Source: an uncultured Bacilli bacterium (GTDB taxonomy: Bacteria; Bacillota_I; Bacilli_A; RF39; UBA660). From it: a stretch of DNA of 61,130 nt. Below the pieces are notes generated by a model that worked only from the letters and a program-made list of their open reading frames with translations, was not told the DNA's origin and searched no databases. Made by a program: the position numbers and the translations under genes. The stretch's first letter is position 1. Each line of letters begins with the position of its first letter. The stretch is taken from contig CAJUGF010000004.1 in NCBI GenBank assembly GCA_910585915.1, forward strand, positions 1 to 61,130, written 5' to 3'. Of the stretch, positions 53,170-61,130 are shown piece by piece.

Positions 53170-53497
53170 GTTGTTTTAAAGAAGGCTAGGAAAGTTAATA
53201 AGATACTTGTATCAGTAGGAGCAATGTCAATAAAAAAAGCTTGTTCAATTAGAAAAGATAATGAATTATTTATAATTAAATCAAAATAATAAATTGGAAT
53301 CAAAATACAATTTAATGAGCAGACTAGAAATAGTTTGCTTTTTTATGTATAATTATAGTACAAAGTTAAAAAAACGGTTCTAGTTGTTAGTCCAGACATC
53401 AGTAACCTGCCTCCTAAGGTTGTCTGTTCTTTGTATATTTTTACAAGTAGGAGGTTAATTTGTATGAATAAGATACAAATTAAATTGACACTTATTT

Positions 53498-53751
53498 GAT
53501 GGTGTTTTTGAAAGAGTATTTGGCAATAAATTAGAAGTTGCTAAAGTTACTTTTGGTGCAGAGCCAAAAGAGATAGGTTATTTTTACAATTGAAGTCACA
53601 CCTTATTTTAGGAAAACATTGAATTATCAAAGAGGAAGCAGTAGAAATAGTCACACAACTAGCATTTTATTCTGGATGGCCAAAAGCATGGAGTGCATTT
53701 GATCTTATTAAAGTGGTTTATAGTGATGAAGAGTATGATAAGTTAAAGTAG
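53498..53751 (+). pseudogene. carboxymuconolactone decarboxylase-family gene remnant
   Basis: Fragments in different frames with stops; last piece EAVEIVTQLAFYSGWPKAWSAF is the typical CMD-family helix. Confidence 0.5.
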
Positions 53752-53955
53752 TGCAGTAAACAGCATATTTTATAATAACTGTGAGGTGTGAGCGATGAAT
53801 AAGTAATGAGATTTTATATGAAACAGATGATGGAAAAAATCAATGTTGATGTAATACGAGAAAAATGAAACAACTTGGCTTACTCAAAAAAGCCTAACAG
53901 ATTATAATATAGGTGACAAATATACTAAAAGATTACATTATTAAAGGATTTAAAA

Positions 53956-54090
53956 ATGTTAAAGAAAGATTATAAGAATAAAAGCATTTTAGTAGTAACA
54001 CATGTTGGTATAATTTATGCCATTCATAGGATATTAAAGATGCCAAAGAGAATGGTAAATAACCTAGAAATTGTCGAAATAGTGCTTTAA
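53956..54090 (+). pseudogene. histidine-phosphatase (PGAM-like) C-terminal remnant
   Basis: 44-aa ORF ...KSILVVTHVGIIYAIHRIL... resembles the C-terminal part of the family; N-terminal two thirds missing. Confidence 0.35.
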
Positions 54091-54204
54091 TGTAATTAAA
54101 AAATATATGTTTGAATTGAAGAAAAATGAAGTTTCTGTTAAGTGTGTGAAAAATTAGAATTTTATAGTATAATATAAAGAAGAGTTTTAAAGGAGCTGAA
54201 TAAA

Positions 54205-54573
54205 ATGAAGTATGCTAAAGAATTGATGATTATTTTGCTTTTTTCATTTATAGGTGAGGTATTAAATCATTTGATTCCACTACCTATACCTGCAAGTATA
54301 TATGGCATGGTTTTACTTTTTATTTCGCTTGCGACAAAATTTATAAAATTAGAGCAAGTGGAAGAAACAGCAGAATTTTTGTTATCAATAATGTTGATAT
54401 TTTTTGTACCTGCATCTGTAGGAATCATGGACACCTTTTTTGCTTATAAATCAAGTATGGCTTTTATAGTTATCATTGTTATTATTTCAACTATTGTTGT
54501 TATGGCAACAACTGGGTTGGTATCACAGTTTATTATAAAACTAATAAATAAAAAGACGAAAGTAGGGAAATAG
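54205..54573 (+). CDS. lrgA: CidA/LrgA-family holin-like protein
   Basis: 122 aa, four TM helices, ...IPLPIPASIYGMVLLF... motif. Confidence 0.85.
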   Translation: MKYAKELMIILLFSFIGEVLNHLIPLPIPASIYGMVLLFISLATKFIKLEQVEETAEFLLSIMLIFFVPASVGIMDTFFAYKSSMAFIVIIVIISTIVVMATTGLVSQFIIKLINKKTKVGK

Positions 54574-54575
54574 GA

Positions 54576-55274
54576 ATGCAAGAATTTTTACAACAAACCA
54601 ATTACTTTGGATTTGTACTGACATTAATTATATATTACTTATCTGTTCTTTTAAAGAACAAGGTAAAGAAGAATTTATTTAATCCCTTATTAGTAACTAC
54701 AATTATTATAGTTGCTATATTACTTATTTTTAATATTGACTATGAAACTTATAATATTGGTGCCAAATATATTTCATACTTTTTAACACCAACGACTGTA
54801 TGTTTGGCAATTCCCTTATATAAACAAATAAAGGTTATAAAGAAAAACATGATTGGTATTTTATCAGGGATAGTAGCAGGGGTACTTGCGAATGCCATTG
54901 TAATTGTTGGTTTTACAATGTTATTTAAAATTGAAAATGAGTTAGGAACGTCATTACTGTCTAAATCGATAACGGCACCAATCGCGATTGAATTAACCAA
55001 TGAATTAGGCGGAATATCCTCTATAACTGTGTTTGCAGTAATACTATCAGGTATTATTGGCGCAGCAATCGCCCCATCAGTGTTCAAAATTCTACACATT
55101 AAGGACGAGACAGCCCAAGGGCTTGCTTGTGGTACTTCTGCCCATGGTTCAGGGACAACAACAGCTTTGGAATTAGGCAAAATTCAAGGTGCGATGAGTG
55201 GATTAGCGATTATTGCGACAGGCTTAATTACGACAATCATAGTACCGATCGTTAATCATATATTTTTTACTTAG
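54576..55274 (+). CDS. lrgB: CidB/LrgB-family protein
   Basis: 232-aa polytopic membrane protein, GTSAHGSGT motif, directly after lrgA. Confidence 0.85.
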   Translation: MQEFLQQTNYFGFVLTLIIYYLSVLLKNKVKKNLFNPLLVTTIIIVAILLIFNIDYETYNIGAKYISYFLTPTTVCLAIPLYKQIKVIKKNMIGILSGIVAGVLANAIVIVGFTMLFKIENELGTSLLSKSITAPIAIELTNELGGISSITVFAVILSGIIGAAIAPSVFKILHIKDETAQGLACGTSAHGSGTTTALELGKIQGAMSGLAIIATGLITTIIVPIVNHIFFT

Positions 55275-55723
55275 TAAATTTGAATTAATAAAATGATTGT
55301 TGACGATTGAGGAGATATCTACTATAAAGAATCTAAAAGAAATTTTGTGTTATACTATATAAAATATGAATTTTAGCAGTAACAAGGCTACCCAAAATTA
55401 AAATTAGATAGGATATATATGGAAAAGGTAAATAACGATGTATGGAATTTAGATTTTGATGAATAAACTTTAAATTATATTAATTCTAAATTATCAGATT
55501 GTTATATATGTAATCTAGATGGAAAAGTTATTATTGGTAATTAGTTTAAAAAACATGATTTTCTTTATTGAATTGTATTTTTTATTCAACGATTATTTTA
55601 AAGTCCTAATGATAAAGTAATATCCATTTTATCAATATGGACTTTTTCTTGTTTTATTTGTGTACCAATATTTATTTTGTAATCAAAATTGATTATATCT
55701 AGTGTTTTAAAATAATACGGTAT

Positions 55724-56431
55724 ATGTGTTCCGTAAGAGTTAGTACAGAAGATCATGCTTGTGAGGGTTTTAGTTTACCAGAACAAAAAGAGAGATTAGA
55801 AACATTTTGTAAATTTAAAGGTTATGCAATTGTAGATTATTATACAAATGCTGGGATTAGTGCTAAAACAGGTAATTTAAGACCTGAATTTGAAAGATTA
55901 AATAAAGATATCAATGTAAAAGATATGAATGGCTATATTGAAATGCAAGAAGAAATATCTAAAAATCAAGAAAGATTAGAAAAAGCAAATAAGAAATTCA
56001 TTGAACTAATTTATAACTCTACTAAAATAAAAGAGATAGTTGATAACTTAAAGATTACTATAACTAGTAAAAATAAGTATGCGTTAAAACAAGATGATAA
56101 AAATAAAATTAATACAAATATTTTAAATAAAATAAAAAATAAAGTTCTAAAAATATTTATTGAATTAGAAAAAAAATATGGAAATTTAGATGATTATTAT
56201 ATCGATTTTTCAAACAAGAAAGAAAAAAAAGAAGTTATAAAAAATATTACGAATATCATAACAGACAATTCAGTTCACATAGGCGATAGTAATAAAATAG
56301 AAAGTTCAAATGTAGGTATAAATAATAAAATAGAAAAAGACGAAAGTAACGGAAAAAATATTTTAATTGATATATTCGTAGGAATTTTTGTTGCTGTGGT
56401 TGGAGGCATTATTTTATATTTTATAACTTAA
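55724..56431 (+). pseudogene. serine-recombinase N-terminal remnant fused to an unrelated low-complexity, C-terminally membrane-anchored ORF
   Basis: VRVSTEDHACEGFSLPEQKERLETFCKFKGYAIVDYYTNAGISAKTGNLRPEF matches only the first ~60 aa of a resolvase domain; the rest is K/N/I-rich. Confidence 0.5.
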
Positions 56432-56626
56432 TAAAAAAGTCTGAATCATTTTCTTTTGAAAAATTTAAGAGTATGATTAATAGTCATCTTGATATACAGT
56501 ACATACTCTATATATTTGACTACTGGCATATGATTATAAAAAAAACTATATAAACAGAGAAAAAAGTAGTACAATGATATTAGCTCAACGCTACATTAAT
56601 AGTATATTAGAAAAGGAGAATAAAAA

Positions 56627-57181
56627 ATGACAAAAAAATTATTAACTATTTTATTAGGAGGCACTCTGATTTTAGGAATTGCGACTGGGTGTACAGAACA
56701 AAAACAAGATGAATCTCAAAAAAATGAAGTGCAAGAAAAATCAAAAGGCCATTGTGAAGCCGAAGAGTGCATCAAACTAATTGAACCCAAAATGCAGGTA
56801 GAAGAAGTAAATGAAATTATTGGTTTTGCTGGAGAGAAAAAAGAAGGATCAAATACTTATATATGGCAGTTAACAGAAAAAACAAAAATAGAAGTAGAGT
56901 ACAAAGATGGTTTAGGGACTATTACAGCAAAGATGGATAAAGATAAAATAAGTAATGATAAGTTTAAAATATCTGTTTGCTATGATATTCAAAGTTCTAT
57001 AAAAAGTGGCACAACATTTACTTATGAAGAAATGGTAGAAAAGTTTGAAGGAATTGAAGGATATCTAGAAACAAAAGCACCTACATTTAAAATGTATATG
57101 TGGGTAAAAGATGGTCAAACATTTAGAGCGACCTTCTCTGATAGTTTAAACGGAAAATGTTCTATGGTATCTCTTCGATAA
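56627..57181 (+). CDS. lipoprotein
   Basis: Signal peptide with lipobox LGIATGC. Confidence 0.7.
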   Translation: MTKKLLTILLGGTLILGIATGCTEQKQDESQKNEVQEKSKGHCEAEECIKLIEPKMQVEEVNEIIGFAGEKKEGSNTYIWQLTEKTKIEVEYKDGLGTITAKMDKDKISNDKFKISVCYDIQSSIKSGTTFTYEEMVEKFEGIEGYLETKAPTFKMYMWVKDGQTFRATFSDSLNGKCSMVSLR

Positions 57182-57283
57182 GAGAAAAAAACATTTATGA
57201 AAAACATAATAAAAAATACTTTTTTCTACAAATTAAAAAAGTGAAATAATTCACTTTTTTTATGTTTGTCGAAATGAATAAAG

Positions 57284-57469
57284 TTATTTATGTGCTTCTT
57301 GATAGTATGTTCTTACTTCATTGGGCATTTGATCTGGAGTCATGCTTTTAACTCTTTTTTCTGTTCCATCTTTTAGGGCTTCATCATAATACCAACATTT
57401 AAAATAAATCATCTGAAGTGCTTTTTCTAATTCTTTTATTTCTCGCTCGATGCTTTCTTTTTGATGCAA
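57284..57469 (-). pseudogene. MerR-family regulator C-terminal fragment
   Basis: Only a coiled-coil/effector tail (…IEREIKELEKALQMI…); no HTH region upstream. Confidence 0.35.
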
Positions 57470-57625
57470 AAAATAAAAAAAGTGGAGACGAATTAATTCA
57501 CGCTTAATAAATGGAAATTAAGATAGAAGTTTTTAAAATGACAGCCTTAAGAAAAAATTAAGAATTGCTTCTAATTGTTATGGTACAATGAATATGTAAT
57601 ATCTGTTATAGGGAGAGATGTATTC

Positions 57626-58321
57626 ATGTCTAATATACTTATAGTTGATGATGAAAAAGAAATAGCAGATTTATTAGAAATCTATTTAACTAACGAAAAC
57701 TATAAAATATTTAAGTATTATTCCAGTATGGACGTATTAAATGATTTAGATAAATTAACTATTGATTTAGCGATTCTGGATGTTATGATGCCTGAAATGA
57801 GTGGCTTTCAACTTTGTAAAAAATTAAGAGAATCAGGATATACATTTCCTATAATTTTTGCTACTGCTAAAATTGAGGACATAGATAAAATAAATGGGCT
57901 TTCATTAGGTGCAGACGATTATGTTACCAAACCATTTCAGCCTTTAGAACTGATAGCAAGAGTAAAAGCTCAACTTCGTAGATATCAGAAATACAATCTT
58001 TTAAAAAATGATAAAGATGAAATAGATTTTAGAGGCATACGAATAAATAATGATACACATGTATTTTTCTTTAACGAGAATAGAATTGAATTAACAAAAA
58101 CAGAATTTGCTCTTCTTTGGGAACTTTGTTTGCATAAAGGCAATGTTGTCAGAAGCGATGATCTATTTTCTAAAGTATGGGGGGAAAAGTATTACGAAAA
58201 AGATAATAACACCATTATGGTGCATATACGACATTTAAGAGAAAAAATGAATGATGATGGAAGAAAACCGAAATATATAAAAACGGTATATGGAGTGGGG
58301 TATAAAATTGAAAGTGAATAG
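57626..58321 (+). CDS. OmpR/PhoB-family response regulator (VanR-like)
   Basis: Receiver (LIVDDEKE, ILDVMMPEMSG, KP) plus winged-helix (YIKTVYGVGYKIE); ATG after AGGGAGAG. Confidence 0.88.
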   Translation: MSNILIVDDEKEIADLLEIYLTNENYKIFKYYSSMDVLNDLDKLTIDLAILDVMMPEMSGFQLCKKLRESGYTFPIIFATAKIEDIDKINGLSLGADDYVTKPFQPLELIARVKAQLRRYQKYNLLKNDKDEIDFRGIRINNDTHVFFFNENRIELTKTEFALLWELCLHKGNVVRSDDLFSKVWGEKYYEKDNNTIMVHIRHLREKMNDDGRKPKYIKTVYGVGYKIESE

Positions 58322-59429
58322 CGATAATGATGTAAAAATAATGTTAAAAAAAGCATACACTGAATTTATTGTTCAAGCATTTATTTATTTTATTATAGTA
58401 ATGGCAATAGGTATTTTTATATCATTCATTGGAAGCAAATTTGATTATCAATGGTTATATGACTGGAATCCTAGTATATATAATTTTATTGAAATCTTAT
58501 TTGATAAAATATTTTATACTGGTTATTATCTATTTGTAATCATCATTTTAATGTTAATAGTTTTTTTAGTTTTACTTTATAGACTATTAAAAAAAATTTT
58601 TTCTTATATAACAGCTATATCAGACTCATCGGATAAGTTGTTCGATAAAAATATTGAATATATTACATTACCTGAAGAACTTTCAAATCTTGAAAAAAAA
58701 TTAAATCATTTTAAAAGAGAATCAATAAAGAATGAAAAACTTGCGCTAGAGAATAAAAAGAAAAAAGATGAATTAATTGTATATCTTGCCCATGATATAA
58801 AAACACCACTAACTTCTATGATTGGGTATCTATCATTATTGAATGAAATAGATGACATGCCAAAACAAAAAAGGAAAAAATATATTAGTGTTGCTCTCGA
58901 CAAATCATATAAATTAGAGGAATTAATAAATGAATTATTTGATACTGCAAGATACAATTCCGAAAAAATCTTTTTAGAAAAGGAAGAATTAAATTTAAAT
59001 CTTATGTTAGAACAAATAATAGATGATTTTTATCCTATTTTAAAAGAACGAAATAAAAATATTATTTTTAATTATAAAGAAAACATTACTTTATATGCTG
59101 ATTCTGACAAACTAAGTAGAGTTTTCAATAATCTTATAAAAAATGCGATTAACTATAGTAAAGAAAAGAGTGACATTAATATAAATGTCTTTCAAAACGA
59201 CAAGAAAATTACCATTAAAATAGTCAATGAGGGTAAAAAAATACCAAAAGAAAAACTAAATAGAATATTCGAACAGTTTTACAGATTAGATTCTTCGAGA
59301 ACAAGTAAAAATGGTGGTAGTGGATTAGGCCTAGCAATTGCTAAAGACATAATAGAACTTCATAAGGGAACAATTAAAGCAAATAGTAACGAAAAAGAAA
59401 CTACATTCACTATAGAATTACCACTTTAA
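58290..59429 (+). CDS. sensor histidine kinase (VanS-like)
   Basis: Two TM helices, H-box LAHDIKTPLTSMIGY, N-box NLIKNAINYS, G-box GGSGLGLAIAKDI; start uncertain (58290/58308/58341). Confidence 0.85.
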   Translation: MEWGIKLKVNSDNDVKIMLKKAYTEFIVQAFIYFIIVMAIGIFISFIGSKFDYQWLYDWNPSIYNFIEILFDKIFYTGYYLFVIIILMLIVFLVLLYRLLKKIFSYITAISDSSDKLFDKNIEYITLPEELSNLEKKLNHFKRESIKNEKLALENKKKKDELIVYLAHDIKTPLTSMIGYLSLLNEIDDMPKQKRKKYISVALDKSYKLEELINELFDTARYNSEKIFLEKEELNLNLMLEQIIDDFYPILKERNKNIIFNYKENITLYADSDKLSRVFNNLIKNAINYSKEKSDININVFQNDKKITIKIVNEGKKIPKEKLNRIFEQFYRLDSSRTSKNGGSGLGLAIAKDIIELHKGTIKANSNEKETTFTIELPL

Positions 59430-59560
59430 AAATAAATTAAGAAAATCTTAAGATTTTTATAAGAAGAAATTAAAAAACAGTCATTAAGAAATTGATACAA
59501 TAAATTTGTATTAAATTATAATGATTGTTTTTTTAATACAAAAATTAAGGAAATACGTTT

Positions 59561-60394
59561 ATGAAAAGAAGAGAAAAGAAGAAAGATAAGAAAAAAATTA
59601 TAATTATTATATTTATTTTAATATTTTTTATTTGGGGAAGAAATGAAATCTATAACTATAAATTTAAAAAGGAAAGAATCAGCTCATATGTAGATGTATC
59701 AAATAATGAAAATGTCGATAGTATAAATTATTTAGAATCATTATCAATCAAAGATTCAAAAATAGCAACAATTATGGAAAATAAGGATAAATATCCTAAA
59801 GTGCTATTAGAAATGTTTTCAAGAAACCTTGACATGAAAGAATATGTATTAAAATATTTAAACTCTAAAGGCCAAGTATTTTCAGATAATATTGGCAAAG
59901 TTACGAAAGGAAAATACCCCTTATTACTTCAATATGATACTAGATGGGGCTATGGAATGTATGGAGAAGACCCTATTGCTATAAATGGTTGTGGACCAAC
60001 ATCACTTGCAATGGTTATTGCAGGTCTTACTGGTAGAAATGATATTACACCATATGACATAGCAACATATTCATATCAAAATGGCCATTATGCAAGTGGT
60101 ACAAGTTGGACTCTTTTTACAAAAGGGGCTAACAACTATGGAATAATTGGAACAGAATTACCTTTATCAAAATCAGTAATGATTAATGAATTAGAGCAAA
60201 AGCATCCCATTATTTGTAGTATGAGCAAAGGTGATTTTACAACAACTGGACATATCATAGTTATAACAGGTATGAAAGATGGTGAATTTATCTTAAATGA
60301 TCCGAATAGTAAAGAAAGGAGTAATAAATTATGGAGTTATGAAAACATAAAATCACAGATAAGAAATCTATGGGCATTTAAATTAAATAAATAA
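59561..60394 (+). CDS. membrane-anchored C39-like cysteine peptidase domain protein
   Basis: N-terminal TM; NGCGPTSLAMV (Cys) and TTGHIIVITG (His) motifs. Confidence 0.65.
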   Translation: MKRREKKKDKKKIIIIIFILIFFIWGRNEIYNYKFKKERISSYVDVSNNENVDSINYLESLSIKDSKIATIMENKDKYPKVLLEMFSRNLDMKEYVLKYLNSKGQVFSDNIGKVTKGKYPLLLQYDTRWGYGMYGEDPIAINGCGPTSLAMVIAGLTGRNDITPYDIATYSYQNGHYASGTSWTLFTKGANNYGIIGTELPLSKSVMINELEQKHPIICSMSKGDFTTTGHIIVITGMKDGEFILNDPNSKERSNKLWSYENIKSQIRNLWAFKLNK

Positions 60395-60602
60395 AAAAAG
60401 CTAATAGAAAATAAATTGATAAATTCCAATTGCGAGAAATTGTCAGTAATAATTATTACACATCCTCTATCAAAAATAATTAATTTTATATCCAAAGATT
60501 AAAAAAAGTTACTTTTTATGAAAAATTAGAAAAAGTTATAAAGTTGTGAAAATAACACAATTTATGATATACTAAAAACATAAAAAATAAAGGGAGATAA
60601 GA

Positions 60603-61088
60603 ATGAAAGAGACAATAGCAGATATTTTAAAAGCAAAAGAATTGTTAGAAACAAAGATGTATGATATCCCAAGATTTGAACGTATTTATGCATTTTCTAA
60701 TGAAAATCTTAAAGAATGCTTTGGAAATTTTGATGTTCAAAATAAAAAATGTTTAACAGTATTAGGAAGTTCTGATCAAGCTTTTGACTTATTTTTAAGT
60801 GGAGCCATGGAAGTGGATGCATTTGATGTCAATCCACTAACAAAACATTATTTTTATTTAAAGAAAGCGGCGATGACAGCTGATTTGACAAAAAAAGAGT
60901 ATTTAGATTTCTTTAATGGTTATGGTGTCAATACCAGAGAGAATGCCTTAAACACAAATACATATCATAAAATTCAGTCCTTTTTAGAAAAAGATGAGCG
61001 CCTTTTTTGGGATTATTTATTTGAAAACTATTCATCAAAAGATATATCCACACACCTTTTTTCAAGAGAATTATTAAGTTCAAAAATG
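60603..61088 (+). CDS. SAM-dependent methyltransferase-like protein (DUF3419/BtaA-like?), true 3' end lost
   Basis: LTVLGSSDQAFDLFLSGAMEVDAFDVNP Rossmann-like motif; the track ORF tail (to 61127) is the reverse complement of upstream codons. Confidence 0.4.
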
Positions 61089-61130
61089 CTTGAAAAAAGG
61101 TGTGTGGATATATCTTTTGATGAATAGTTT
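61025..61130. repeat. 42-bp perfect inverted repeat (22-nt spacer) ending exactly at the window edge
   Basis: 61025-61066 is the exact reverse complement of 61089-61130. Confidence 0.95.

Noticed and set aside
53070-53303. 77-aa minus-strand ORF spanning attR.
   Set aside because: It covers the tRNA-derived att core and a terminator hairpin. It is an artefact of an open frame in non-coding DNA.
53393-53454. Hairpin CAGAC...GTCTG enclosing CCTCCT (53410-15) upstream of an AGGAGG RBS (53449-54). This could be a riboswitch or anti-SD leader.
   Set aside because: I could not match it to any riboswitch consensus I know. The downstream gene is a decayed CMD-family pseudogene, so function is doubtful.

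Overview
This is a strongly AT-rich, low-GC Firmicute-type chromosomal segment. All calls come from reading the sequence and the ORF track; no database search was run.

**Layout**
- 1-11.7 kb is host backbone. It starts with mobile-element-like leftovers (a RhuM-like tail and a DUF6870-like ORF). It then carries rbgA-rnhB-topA, two unknown genes, a xerC-like recombinase, ppdK, a pfkB kinase with a P/Q-rich tail, an Smr protein, and tRNA-CAU plus tRNA-Leu(UAG).
- 11676-53104 is an apparently intact siphovirus-type prophage of about 41.4 kb, inserted in the 3' end of tRNA-Leu. It is bounded by a perfect 26-bp direct repeat (attL and attR), with ACAACTAACA arm-type repeats inside both ends.
- The prophage modules run in this order:
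  - integrase
  - a lysogeny operon: cI-like LexA/S24 repressor, two small membrane proteins and an orphan long MazF/PemK-like toxin
  - a symmetric cI/cro switch
  - a replication gene with embedded 15-bp-periodic iterons
  - ERF, PD-(D/E)XK nuclease, NinB-like protein and SSB
  - phage-borne homologues of the sporulation proteins SpoVG and CotE
  - an RNA-repair cassette: Rnl-type ligase, ASCH and RtcB
  - a DUF1492-like late regulator
  - terminase, portal, a MuF::RadC-JAB fusion, scaffold, capsid and connector proteins
  - tail genes, including a -1 frameshift chaperone, the tape measure and receptor-binding proteins
  - holin and an M23/CW_7 endolysin
  - a right-arm moron block
- The moron block holds an acidic 85-aa gene driven by a palindrome-embedded consensus promoter, an sRNA candidate, a frame-disrupted Panacea(DUF4065)-toxin pair and an HNH/NinG-like gene.
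- 53.1-61.1 kb is host DNA again:
  - decayed gene fragments: CMD family, histidine phosphatase, a serine-recombinase N-terminus and a MerR tail
  - lrgAB
  - a lipoprotein
  - a VanRS-like two-component system
  - a C39-like peptidase
  - a truncated last ORF that runs into a 42-bp perfect fold-back repeat at the window edge

**Most unusual signals**
1. A duplicated non-coding late-control cassette (palindrome, extended -10, conserved leader, intrinsic terminator) sits in front of both the packaging block and the head block.
2. The Rnl-ASCH-RtcB RNA repair cassette.
3. The orphan MazF-like gene in the lysogeny operon.
4. Phage-encoded CotE and SpoVG.

Several genes show single-base frame disruptions. 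These may be real decay or homopolymer sequencing errors.
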